Source: a virus. Taken from it: DNA of 57,084 bases. The stretch lies in the IMG/VR virus record IMGVR_UViG_3300010262_000001, positions 1 through 57,084 of that record; one strand, given 5' to 3'. Within the stretch, counting starts at the first letter, position 1, and each line of letters opens with the position of its first letter. Below are positions 24,858 to 33,821 of this stretch, in pieces. The position numbers and the translations under genes are program-made. The notes beneath the pieces were generated by a model. The model searched no databases, was not told the origin of the DNA, and saw only the letters and a list, made by a program, of their open reading frames with translations.

Positions 24858-25472
24858 ATGGTTAAGCAAATTGTTATAGATAATATTAAATTTACTAGAG
24901 ATGATAAGACTGGGTACTACCTAGCTAGTAAAAAGATGAATGGGAAAAGACCTAGGTTGCATGTTTATATATGGGAAAAACATAATGGGGAAAGACCTAA
25001 AGGTTTTGATATACATCATAAAGATCATAATAAAGACAATAATGATATCTCTAATTTAGTACTTGTATCTTCAAGCGATCACACTAAACATCATGCTATT
25101 AAATATGCAGAAAGTAACTTAGATTCTATGATAGAGAATTTAAATAAAAACGCAAGACCTAAGGCTATTGAGTGGCATAAGAGTGAAGAGGGTAGAAATT
25201 GGCATAAAGAACACTATGAAAACAATAAAGATAAATTTCATGTTAAAGAAAAATATACTTGTAATTACTGTGGAGTTGAGTTTGAAACTTTTAAAGGGAA
25301 TAATAAATTTTGCTCCAATAAATGCAAGTCAGCTTGGAGAAGAAAAGAAGGCTTGGACAATGAAGAAAGAACATGTTTCATATGTAATAAACCATTTATA
25401 ACTAATAAATATAGCAAGGCTATGACATGTTCTAATAATTGTAGAGGAAAACTTAAATGGTTAAACAATTAA
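24858..25472 (+). CDS. Free-standing HNH endonuclease with two C-terminal zinc ribbons, located between the intein halves
   Basis: Own SD TAAGGAG; FDIHHKDHNKDNNDISNLVLVSSSDHTKHH; CNYCG...CSNKC and CFICN...CSNNC. Confidence 0.8.
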   Translation: MVKQIVIDNIKFTRDDKTGYYLASKKMNGKRPRLHVYIWEKHNGERPKGFDIHHKDHNKDNNDISNLVLVSSSDHTKHHAIKYAESNLDSMIENLNKNARPKAIEWHKSEEGRNWHKEHYENNKDKFHVKEKYTCNYCGVEFETFKGNNKFCSNKCKSAWRRKEGLDNEERTCFICNKPFITNKYSKAMTCSNNCRGKLKWLNN

Positions 25473-25714
25473 AAATAAAAAGTATTAAGTTACTTGGTAA
25501 AGAAGATGTTTATAATATGGAAGTAGAAAACCACCATAACTTTAGTGTTAATGGTGGTTTTATTGTTCATAATTGTATGGATGCTGTTCGTTATTTTGTG
25601 AATACAATTTTATTAAGAGAAGAATCAAAACCATATGACGAAAAGATTACTTCTAAAGGTAAAGGGGTTATTAAACCTAATAGAAACAATAGGAAAGGAG
25701 GTACTGTATTCTAG
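25457..25714 (+). CDS. terL: Intein C-terminal half (IntC, about 39 aa) fused to the terminase large subunit C-terminal fragment
   Basis: MVKQLKIKSIKLLGKEDVYNMEVENHHNFSVNGGFIVHN|CMDAVRYFVNT: block F/G ending HN, Cys+1 (TGT 25574), then the TerL DAxRY motif. Confidence 0.8.
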   Translation: MVKQLKIKSIKLLGKEDVYNMEVENHHNFSVNGGFIVHNCMDAVRYFVNTILLREESKPYDEKITSKGKGVIKPNRNNRKGGTVF

Positions 25715-27198
25715 TGGAGCTTAATGAGATAAAAGAGAAACTTCTAAAGCTTTCTGATATTGAAAAGAAAGAAAGAAAAGAAGTTAAAAGGGATTATTTA
25801 TTTTATCAAGGGAAGTCATTTGATTTAGAAGCAGCTAAAAGCAATGATGACCTATTAGGACAGAACTGGCAGATTGGTGATAATGTTGATTATACTCCTA
25901 CCCAGGATATAAGAAATAAGGTTAAACCACTTCTTAAAAAACAGTCTAGGTTTATGTTTGGTAAGGAACCTACTTTAACATTTAAGCCTGATAATTTAGA
26001 TGATAAAGAGATTTGTGATGAACTAAGGCTATTTATAGATGATATTCTAAGCTTTAATAAGTTCTGGAAGAAAACTAGAAAGGCCTTTTTAATGTCTACT
26101 ATAGAGAAAAGAGTTTTATTAAGAGCAGAGGTAAATCCAAATAGTAACATAAGGCTAAAATATGAAAGAATAGATAACTTCTCTTATGAAGAATATGAGG
26201 ATGAGCTTTTAAAGGTTACTTTCTTTGAAGAGGATTCTAATAATGTTTTCGCTGAGAAAGATGATGATAAAAGATATATCCTGCATACTTATTATTATGG
26301 GGATAAAGACACTGTAAGGTATAAAAAGGATGTATTTAATGGTACAGAACTAGATAAGCCTATAGAGTCTACAGATGAAGATACAGGCCTTGATTCTATA
26401 CCATGCTGGTTAATTAAGAATGGCGGAGAGTTAGATGAGGATTTTGGAGAAAGTGATATAAGGGATCTAGTAGATCCACAAAATCAATATAATAGAAAAA
26501 TTTCTGATGCAGCTGATGCTCTTAAATTCCAGATGTTTGGTTCTACTTCTGTTATAGATGGTAAAAAAGAGGATGTAGATAACATGCTTGTTGTTCCTGG
26601 TGCATTACATGCTGTTAGAACTGATGATGAAGCAGCGGCGAATGGTAAACAAGCATCTTATAGTATAAATGAGTACTCTATGCAGTCTCTAAATGCTCTC
26701 AATGAATATCTAAATAGAGCCGAGGATGATATGAGGTTTGCACTTGATATGCCTTCCATAAAAGATTTAAATAACATTCCTTCAGCTAAGGCTATGAGAT
26801 ACTTAAACAATGATTTAATAGCTAGATGTGAAGAAAAGTGGAGTGATTGGGGACCAATTCTTGAATCTCTAATAGAGTTCTTAGTAGATAAAAGTGATAT
26901 TGCTTATAAAAAATTTAATAAGCAGTGGAAATCTCTTAACTATACTATAGACTTTAAACATAACTATCCATTACCTTCTGATGAGGAGGAAAGTAAAAAG
27001 TTAGCTATGGATGAAGTCAAAAATAGAGTAAGATCTGTTAAGAGTTATATAGATGATTTTGCTAAGGATGAGGATAGTAAGAAATCATTTAGTGAAATAA
27101 TAGAAGAGGTAAAGGCATTAACCGAGGCTGAAACATCAGATTCTTTTCAAATGGGGCTAGATGGTGAATTGAATAATGATGGTGGTTTAAATGAATAA
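25714..27198 (+). CDS. Portal protein (SPP1 gp6-like)
   Basis: 494 aa directly after terL; size, position and acidic C-terminus typical of portals; GTG start. Confidence 0.75.
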   Translation: MELNEIKEKLLKLSDIEKKERKEVKRDYLFYQGKSFDLEAAKSNDDLLGQNWQIGDNVDYTPTQDIRNKVKPLLKKQSRFMFGKEPTLTFKPDNLDDKEICDELRLFIDDILSFNKFWKKTRKAFLMSTIEKRVLLRAEVNPNSNIRLKYERIDNFSYEEYEDELLKVTFFEEDSNNVFAEKDDDKRYILHTYYYGDKDTVRYKKDVFNGTELDKPIESTDEDTGLDSIPCWLIKNGGELDEDFGESDIRDLVDPQNQYNRKISDAADALKFQMFGSTSVIDGKKEDVDNMLVVPGALHAVRTDDEAAANGKQASYSINEYSMQSLNALNEYLNRAEDDMRFALDMPSIKDLNNIPSAKAMRYLNNDLIARCEEKWSDWGPILESLIEFLVDKSDIAYKKFNKQWKSLNYTIDFKHNYPLPSDEEESKKLAMDEVKNRVRSVKSYIDDFAKDEDSKKSFSEIIEEVKALTEAETSDSFQMGLDGELNNDGGLNE

Positions 27199-28153
27199 TT
27201 ATCAAAAGCGTGTTCTTGAAACTAGAAAAGATTTCCTTAATTTAGTTAAAGGTACTGAAAAGAATATTATTAAAGTCTACTCTAAAGCAGCTAAGGAGCT
27301 TGAAGAAAAGCTTAGAACTGCTAAGGTTGGAAGTAAAGAAGAAAAATATCTATCCTCGATGAAGAGGGAGCTTGATAACTATGTTAAAGTTCTTAGAAAA
27401 GATTTAAAAAAAGAATTAGCTAGTGGAATTAAAGAAGCTTCTAATTTAGCAGCAGGTATTCAAACTAGTTTTTTTGATAATATCTTAGAACAAAGTGTAG
27501 AGGCTACTTTCAAGCGGATGTTTTCAACTATTGCAGATGAAGCAGTAAAGCAAATGGTTGCAGCGGGGTATTACAAAGATGGTAAGACTTTAGATACAAG
27601 ACTTTGGAATTTAACTAAAAAGAATGCTGAGGATATTGAGAGTTTGATAACTACTAATATTGCCAAAGGTTCTAATTCGAGGGAACTTGCTAAGTTAGTT
27701 GATAAGTATATTAATCCTAAGAAAGTTATAAAACAACAATACTTTGTTAAAGGTATGGATAAAAATATATCTTATCAAGCTACCAGATTAGCTAGAACTA
27801 GTTTAAAACACGCTTTTGATGAAAGCTATAGAAGAACAGCTGGAGCTAATCCTTTCACTAAAGGTATAAAGTGGAATCTAAGCCTTTCACATTATGATAG
27901 GCAGGTTGAAAAATGGGGCAAGGATATATGCGATGTGTACGCAACTCAAAATGACTATAACTTAGGTGTGGGAGTTTTTCCAGCTGATAAACTACCTATA
28001 AGTCATCCTAACTGTCTTTGTAATTTAACTACAGAGACTACTGACTTAAAAGATGCTAGAAAAGAATTAGCTGATTGGGTTAAAGGTGGAAAGAATGAAA
28101 AACTTGATGCCTGGATGGAGACTTACGGTAAAGAATATGGAATAGAATTATAG
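27191..28153 (+). CDS. Head morphogenesis / minor capsid protein (SPP1 gp7 / Mu F-like)
   Basis: Follows the portal; ...YQATRLARTSLKHAFDESYRR...ISHPNCLCNL resembles the Phage_Mu_F domain. Confidence 0.7.
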   Translation: MNNYQKRVLETRKDFLNLVKGTEKNIIKVYSKAAKELEEKLRTAKVGSKEEKYLSSMKRELDNYVKVLRKDLKKELASGIKEASNLAAGIQTSFFDNILEQSVEATFKRMFSTIADEAVKQMVAAGYYKDGKTLDTRLWNLTKKNAEDIESLITTNIAKGSNSRELAKLVDKYINPKKVIKQQYFVKGMDKNISYQATRLARTSLKHAFDESYRRTAGANPFTKGIKWNLSLSHYDRQVEKWGKDICDVYATQNDYNLGVGVFPADKLPISHPNCLCNLTTETTDLKDARKELADWVKGGKNEKLDAWMETYGKEYGIEL

Positions 28154-28165
28154 GAGGAAATATAT

Positions 28166-28471
28166 ATGAAAGTAACATGTGAAGAGTGTAAGAAAGATTT
28201 TCAAGCTACAAATGACATGATAAAGGAAAATTATTTAGGCTCTATGAAAACTGAGGTGACTTATAACTGTCCTAATTGTGGTAAAAAGTTCATAATAGGA
28301 GTAATGAGTACTAAGGCTAGAAAACTTAAGAGAGAGATGGAAAAGCTTAGATGTGTAATAGTTGAAAAATTCAAAATAGGCTACAAAGAATGTAATGAAC
28401 AAAAGGTTATTAAAGACTTGGGAAATCAATTACTTGCTGAAATGAATAAATATAGCAGAGGGGATAAATAA
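28166..28471 (+). CDS. Zinc-ribbon protein, function unknown
   Basis: CEEC...CPNCG; SD TAGGAGGA. Confidence 0.5.
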   Translation: MKVTCEECKKDFQATNDMIKENYLGSMKTEVTYNCPNCGKKFIIGVMSTKARKLKREMEKLRCVIVEKFKIGYKECNEQKVIKDLGNQLLAEMNKYSRGDK

Positions 28472-28474
28472 GTT

Positions 28475-28792
28475 ATGAATATACCTGAAAAAATTAGAAT
28501 AGGTTCAGTTGATTATGATGTAGTCTTAACTGATGAAAATTTAGTTTTAAACGGTAGAGAAGTTTATGCCTGGATAGATTACAATTATCATTTAATTAAA
28601 ATAAATAGAAATTTACAGGATAAGCAAGGTCAAGAACAAACGTTCCTACATGAGCTTATGCATGGAATAGTTAAAGAAAGAAGTTTAGAAATAGGGAACT
28701 GTGATGAAGAAACTTTAGTTGAAGAGTTAGCTATAGGATTGCATCAAGTTATTAGAGATAATCCTGGTATATTTCTAAAGAATGAGGGATAA
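28475..28792 (+). CDS. Small HExxH-motif protein (putative zinc metallopeptidase-like)
   Basis: FLHELMHGI motif; SD GAGGGGA. Confidence 0.4.
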   Translation: MNIPEKIRIGSVDYDVVLTDENLVLNGREVYAWIDYNYHLIKINRNLQDKQGQEQTFLHELMHGIVKERSLEIGNCDEETLVEELAIGLHQVIRDNPGIFLKNEG

Positions 28793-28794
28793 AT

Positions 28795-28977
28795 ATGAAT
28801 TTTAGCGTAGCTCTTAGGATAGGGAAAGATGGTTATGGAATACAGAGAAGAGGTTGGGGAGATAAGCATATAAAACTAAATAAAGCTACTAAGGAATTAG
28901 AAATGATTGAGGGAATATTAAGCTTGGGTTCTGATGACTTAATGGCTGATGATTGGATAGAGTATAGGAAGGATTAG
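28795..28977 (+). CDS. DUF2829-like mini-protein (family that includes the anti-Thoeris protein Tad2)
   Basis: MNFSVALRIGKDGYGIQRRGWG...DDLMADDWIEY keeps the N-terminal ...RRGW... and C-terminal ...L(L/M)AxDW... signatures I associate with DUF2829, but it is shorter than typical members. Confidence 0.35.
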   Translation: MNFSVALRIGKDGYGIQRRGWGDKHIKLNKATKELEMIEGILSLGSDDLMADDWIEYRKD

Positions 28978-29041
28978 TATATGAGGTTTGGATTAGAACT
29001 TGCTACAATGTTATTAGAAAAGTTTATGAGGAGGATTAAAC

Positions 29042-29590
29042 GTGGCTAAATATATAAAGAAACCAATAGAAGTTGAAGCAATTCAATTTGTAGATGATAG
29101 TTATGGAACTTTATGTGCTATTGGTAGTTTGGGATTAAAGCCTGTAGTTTTACAAAATCCATTAAGACTTGAAATTCAAACGCTTGAAGGAATAATGTAC
29201 GCAAGGCTTAATGATTATATTATAAAAGGTATTAATGGAGAGTTTTATCCATGTAAGCCTGATATATTCGAAAAAACATATATGAGAAGAGAAAATATTG
29301 GAGAAATAACTGATGGCTCCCATTCATTCAATGAATTATACTACCATAGAATGATTTTATTTTCGATTATATGTAACGATTGTTCAGATAAGGCGTGGAA
29401 AAGTTGGAAACATCATGATAATACCATGTTTGATAATTATTTTATTGTTGGAATAGATACTCCAAAAGGACAGTATTCATACCATTATCATAAAGATTAT
29501 TGGGGTTTATTTGATGTTAAAGAAATAGAATTTGCTCCTGTATGGGATGGACATCAACCCAAAGATGTTACAAGATTATTAAGTTTATAA
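29042..29590 (+). CDS. Hypothetical protein with C-terminal WDGH-type region
   Basis: GTG start after GAGGAGGA SD; KKPIEVEAIQF N-terminus; ...FAPVWDGHQPKD near the C-terminus. Confidence 0.45.
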   Translation: MAKYIKKPIEVEAIQFVDDSYGTLCAIGSLGLKPVVLQNPLRLEIQTLEGIMYARLNDYIIKGINGEFYPCKPDIFEKTYMRRENIGEITDGSHSFNELYYHRMILFSIICNDCSDKAWKSWKHHDNTMFDNYFIVGIDTPKGQYSYHYHKDYWGLFDVKEIEFAPVWDGHQPKDVTRLLSL

Positions 29591-29618
29591 AGTCTTAGAA
29601 ATAAGGCTTTTTTATTTT
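29590..29618 (+). terminator. Intrinsic terminator ending the moron island
   Basis: AAGTCTTA gaaa TAAGGCTT stem-loop followed by TTTTTATTTT. Confidence 0.7.
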
Positions 29619-29709
29619 GCCTTTTTATACTTAGCAGGCGTAAAAGAACAAAGTAAAACTACATTGCAAGAGCAACACTTGTAAAAAGCGTAAATGGAGG
29701 GAATGAAAG

Positions 29710-30306
29710 GTGAAATTTGAAGAACTTTTAAAGAAACAAGGCTTAACTGATGAACAAGTTAATGCCATTCTTTCAGGGATGAAGGAAAACAAAATCTATA
29801 CTACATCTTTAGAAAATGCTGAGGTTAGATATAACAAGCTTAAAGATGATAAGAAAGATTTAGAAACTCAACTTGGGAAGGCCAACAACACTATCAATGA
29901 TCTTAACAAATTAAAAATAGATAATGAGGAATTAAAGTCTAAGATAGGTAACTATGAAACAGAAAAAGCTAACTATGAAAAAGCTCTAGCAGACAAAGAT
30001 TTTAATTATGCTTTAGATAAAGCTCTTATAGACTATAAATGCAAAGACACTGAGCTTATTAAATCTCTTATTAAGAGAGATAGCATTAAGTTTGAAGGTG
30101 ACAATGTAATAGGACTTAAAGAGCAAATGGAGACTATCCAAAAAGAAAGAGATTATCTATTTGAAAAAGAGATTAAGGGAACTGGTAGCTTTAATACTGG
30201 TGGCAATCCTGGTGGGACTGGAACAGTAACAAATTTTGCTACTGAATTAGGAAAAGCGAAAGCACAGCAATCAAAAGATGCTGGTTTAGCAAATTTTATT
30301 AAATAG
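29710..30306 (+). CDS. Scaffolding protein (phage GP20-like)
   Basis: KFEELLKKQGLTDEQVNAILSGMKENKIYTT start, coiled coil, position before the capsid genes; GTG after GGAGGGA SD. Confidence 0.7.
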   Translation: MKFEELLKKQGLTDEQVNAILSGMKENKIYTTSLENAEVRYNKLKDDKKDLETQLGKANNTINDLNKLKIDNEELKSKIGNYETEKANYEKALADKDFNYALDKALIDYKCKDTELIKSLIKRDSIKFEGDNVIGLKEQMETIQKERDYLFEKEIKGTGSFNTGGNPGGTGTVTNFATELGKAKAQQSKDAGLANFIK

Positions 30307-30320
30307 GAGGATTAAGGAAT

Positions 30321-30692
30321 ATGAGACAAAGTTCTTATACAATTGGTGCGGCTCAAAAAGATATTAGGGCTATAGCTGGAGATCATTTTATAACTATACC
30401 AATGAAAGTTACCAAAACAAATGTTACTGATAAATTAGTAAATGGTGTTTTAGAGGCTGGAACATTACTTACTGCTAAAGGTGCTAAAGTAACTACTAAC
30501 TCAGGAAGTAGCGATGCTTTTGGAATAGTATTTACTGATGTGGACTTCACACATTCTAAAGGAACAGAAGTTGTTCCAGTATTAATCCATGGAGTTGTTG
30601 ACACTAAAAAGATAAAGCTTGATAGTGTTAATCATGCTAAAGAAATAGAAGCTTTAAAAAATATAATATTTCTTGGAGAGAAAGGAGAGTAA
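30321..30692 (+). CDS. Putative head decoration/accessory protein
   Basis: Synteny only: 123-aa Gly/Thr/Val-rich protein between scaffold and major capsid. Confidence 0.35.
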   Translation: MRQSSYTIGAAQKDIRAIAGDHFITIPMKVTKTNVTDKLVNGVLEAGTLLTAKGAKVTTNSGSSDAFGIVFTDVDFTHSKGTEVVPVLIHGVVDTKKIKLDSVNHAKEIEALKNIIFLGEKGE

Positions 30693-30698
30693 TAGAAT

Positions 30699-31745
30699 AT
30701 GAAATTACAAGACTTTATTAACTCAAAAAACATCACTTTATACATGAAAGAGTTACCAACTGAGCAATCTGTTGATAAAGCTTTATTCCCAGCTGTTAAA
30801 CAGTTAGGAACAACTTTAGAGTTTGCTAAAGGAGCTAAAAAGAAAGCTGTTGCTTTAAGAATGAGTCAATTTGATGTTGCTGCTAAGTCTAGAGCTTTAA
30901 GTGCTTCTTTAAATGTAGAAAAAAGGGAAATTCCATTCTTCAAGGAATCGTTACATTTGAAAGAATCTGATAGAAGAAATCTTATCAACGCTGCTAACTC
31001 AAACAATGAGAATTTAGTTAAAGCTTTAGCAGGACAAGTGTTTGAAAACTATGCTAACTTAATTGAAGGTGCTAATATAGTTGCTAAGAGGATGAGATGT
31101 GAGTTAATCCAAAAAGGTCAATTAAATATAACAACTGATGATGGTGATATTGTAGTTGATTATGGAGTTCCTTCTGGACATAGAAACGATAATGTTTCTC
31201 CTAAGTGGAATGTAGCTAGCACTGATATAGTAGCTGATATAAAGAAATTCCAAAAGGCTATAACTGATGATGGCTACATTAAACCAACTACTTTACTTAT
31301 GACTGAAAAAACATTTGCTGACACTATAATGATTAATACTGCTATAACAAATCATTTAAAAAGTGGTGCTAATGTTAAGAATTTAATCTTAAATGAACAG
31401 GATTATATAAACTTCTTAAAAGATAGAATGGGCTTAAGTGTAGTATTCTTAGAAAACTCTACATTTATACCAGTTGAAGGTGAAGATGCTCAACCATATT
31501 ACTTAGATGGATATGTAACTCTTATAAGTGGAAATACTCTAGGAAGAACAGTTTACGGAACTACTCCAGAAGAGTGGGATAAGGTTTATGGTTCTTCTAA
31601 GTTAGATACTGATATCTATGATTTAGCTATAGCTATAACAACTATGGTTAAAGAAGATCCAGTAACTATTGATACTAAAGTATCTCAATTAGTTATACCT
31701 TCATTTGAAAGAGCAGATGAAGTTTATTTTGCTAAAGTATATTAA
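30699..31745 (+). CDS. Major capsid protein (capsid protein E-like family)
   Basis: 348 aa; position; N-terminal ...ITLYMKELPTEQSVDKALFPAVKQLGTTLEF pattern typical of this family. Confidence 0.8.
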   Translation: MKLQDFINSKNITLYMKELPTEQSVDKALFPAVKQLGTTLEFAKGAKKKAVALRMSQFDVAAKSRALSASLNVEKREIPFFKESLHLKESDRRNLINAANSNNENLVKALAGQVFENYANLIEGANIVAKRMRCELIQKGQLNITTDDGDIVVDYGVPSGHRNDNVSPKWNVASTDIVADIKKFQKAITDDGYIKPTTLLMTEKTFADTIMINTAITNHLKSGANVKNLILNEQDYINFLKDRMGLSVVFLENSTFIPVEGEDAQPYYLDGYVTLISGNTLGRTVYGTTPEEWDKVYGSSKLDTDIYDLAIAITTMVKEDPVTIDTKVSQLVIPSFERADEVYFAKVY

Positions 31746-31805
31746 GAAATATAGGGTAGAGGATTAATTCTTCTATCCTTTTTATTTAGGATTGGAGGAA
31801 TTAGT

Positions 31806-32117
31806 TTGCAAGCTATAGAAAAGTTAGGAAAACTCTTACTTGAAGAAAAATATCCTTTCTTTGACTTAATAGACTTAGAGTTTTTACTACAAGAAAATAA
31901 CAACGATGTTTATTTAGCTGCATATTTCGGATGTATACAGAAGTCTAAATCCAATAAGAATATTAAGGTTGGTCCTATTGAAATAGAGAAAACTGATGAA
32001 ATATTTTGGCTTAGATTAGCTGAAACCTATAAAATTAAATCTGACACCTTAAATGCTACTGAAGAAAAACCAACTAGAGGTTATAAAACAAGAATGAAAA
32101 GAGCTGATGATTTATGA
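31806..32117 (+). CDS. Head-tail connector region protein (hypothetical)
   Basis: TTG start after GGAGGA SD; synteny only. Confidence 0.4.
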   Translation: MQAIEKLGKLLLEEKYPFFDLIDLEFLLQENNNDVYLAAYFGCIQKSKSNKNIKVGPIEIEKTDEIFWLRLAETYKIKSDTLNATEEKPTRGYKTRMKRADDL

Positions 32118-32479
32118 TTGATGTAAATGAGATTAAAGAAGCAGCACTTGAAGGTATAGCCTTAAAACCAACTCATATCGTCCTAGAACGCTATGAAAAA
32201 GTTAGTAATGGTATGAATGGTTTTAGAAAAGAAAAGGTTACTGTAGGCGAATATGATGTGTTTATAGATGATTCTAAAAGGAATATTAACTTAAATACAG
32301 AAGAGGCTGGATTAAGCATTTCTACTAGAAGTCTTACATTGCTTATAGTAATAGATTCTCTTTTAGTTGGTGACTTTTTTATCCTTAATGGAAATAAGTA
32401 TGAAGTTACTTATCCTGGAGAATTGGTCCAAGGAGTTTATAATGCAGATATTAAAATAGTAGGTGATACAGATGGCTAA
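32114..32479 (+). CDS. Head-tail adaptor-like protein (hypothetical)
   Basis: ATGA overlap with the upstream gene; synteny only. Confidence 0.4.
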   Translation: MIDVNEIKEAALEGIALKPTHIVLERYEKVSNGMNGFRKEKVTVGEYDVFIDDSKRNINLNTEEAGLSISTRSLTLLIVIDSLLVGDFFILNGNKYEVTYPGELVQGVYNADIKIVGDTDG

Positions 32480-32840
32480 TGCTACATTTGATATAAATGG
32501 AATTGATGAAGTTATAAAAAACTTAAAGAATTTTGTTCCTAGATTAAAAGCTGCTTTAGCTTTAGACGCAGAAAATATAGCTGCTAATATGGAATCTTGG
32601 GCAAAAAACAACGGTCCATGGACTGACCAAACAGGAGATGCTAGAGATTTTATAAAGCAAACAGTTAAATGGACAAATGCTGATATTTTAATGGTTAGTT
32701 TAAGCCATAATGTTAACTATGGTATATACCTAGAGCTTTGTAATGAAGGTAAATACGCTATTTTAGAAAAAGCTATGGCAGAGTTTGGCCCAAAATTCAT
32801 GGAAGGCTGGCAAGATGTTTTCAACAAGTTAGGAGCTTAA
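32472..32840 (+). CDS. HK97 gp10-like head-tail joining protein
   Basis: ANATFDINGIDEVIKNLKNF... start typical of the gp10 family; ATG 32472 after AGGTGA SD. Confidence 0.5.
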   Translation: MANATFDINGIDEVIKNLKNFVPRLKAALALDAENIAANMESWAKNNGPWTDQTGDARDFIKQTVKWTNADILMVSLSHNVNYGIYLELCNEGKYAILEKAMAEFGPKFMEGWQDVFNKLGA

Positions 32841-32843
32841 TTT

Positions 32844-33176
32844 ATGAGAAAAAGAATATTTGATTTAATTAATCCTGTGTTCCCATGCTATGCCATAGGA
32901 GAGCATAAAGGGGAATGTTTATCCCCATATGTAGTTTTAAAATTTGATAATCAGATGTCTAGCATAGGCAATAGTCAATTTGGCTGGCAATTTCTTACGC
33001 TTTTTTTATATGCTCCTTTAGGAGATATAACCGTACTAGATAACATGATTAGAACTATTAAAACTACAATGAAAGATTTTGAGTTTACAGGAGATATTGC
33101 TCCTGAACAAATAGAAGAAAGTAAGAAAGCTTATTTTAGAGTTTTAAAATATAGAATACCTAAGGAGGTTAAGTGA
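32844..33176 (+). CDS. Tail completion-like protein (hypothetical)
   Basis: Synteny only. Confidence 0.4.
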   Translation: MRKRIFDLINPVFPCYAIGEHKGECLSPYVVLKFDNQMSSIGNSQFGWQFLTLFLYAPLGDITVLDNMIRTIKTTMKDFEFTGDIAPEQIEESKKAYFRVLKYRIPKEVK

Positions 33177-33178
33177 AT

Positions 33179-33802
33179 ATGAGCGATTTTGCAAGAGATT
33201 TAGCTCCAGCAGCATCACAAGCTGGGGGAGATTGCCTTTATAATGTTGTAAAAGTAGTTTTAGAAGAAATAGATCCAAAGACAGGGGCTGTAAAGGCAGA
33301 TTCTCCTATCAAGGTCACTATTGATTGTGATAGTGAAATAGCTTTAGAGCCTATAATTTTAGAAGGTGAAACAAAAACATTAAGAGATTCTAAAAGAATA
33401 TTAGCGAGAGCTAAAGAAGATGATCTGTTAGAAGGAATGAAATTAACATTAACTACAGTTAAGTTTTCTCCAACTGCTTTATCATTAGTTCAAGGGGGTA
33501 AAGTTAGAAATGGAACTACTACTCATACTGATAAGATAGTTGGATATGACGCTCCTATGATGGCAGAAGGTGGTTCTAAAACACCATTTAAAATGACAGC
33601 TTATTGTGAAAATAGAGCAGGAGACGACATTGTAAACTATGTTGCATTTACATTTTGGAAGTGTTCTGGTAAACCTATAGGATTAGAGCTAAAGAAAGAG
33701 TTCTTTGCTCCTAAAATGGAAGTTACTGCAACTGAAAATACAAAGATCAATAAACCGGCGTATAGTTTTGACTATGTAGATAAACTGCCTGGAGAGGAAT
33801 AA
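33179..33802 (+). CDS. Putative major tail protein
   Basis: 207 aa immediately before the chaperone pair; ATG 33179 after AAGGAGG SD. Confidence 0.5.
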   Translation: MSDFARDLAPAASQAGGDCLYNVVKVVLEEIDPKTGAVKADSPIKVTIDCDSEIALEPIILEGETKTLRDSKRILARAKEDDLLEGMKLTLTTVKFSPTALSLVQGGKVRNGTTTHTDKIVGYDAPMMAEGGSKTPFKMTAYCENRAGDDIVNYVAFTFWKCSGKPIGLELKKEFFAPKMEVTATENTKINKPAYSFDYVDKLPGEE

Positions 33803-33821
33803 AAAGGAGGAATAGTATAGT

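Noticed and set aside
24818-25457. The split terL could be a sequencing or assembly frameshift in an ordinary HNH-containing intein
   Set aside because: Not favoured. The IntN frame ends at a clean stop followed by a 37-nt spacer. The HNH gene has its own strong SD and ATG, and the IntC ORF has its own ATG overlapping the HNH stop, so three independent frame errors would be needed. It still cannot be excluded without resequencing and is listed as a refutation test.
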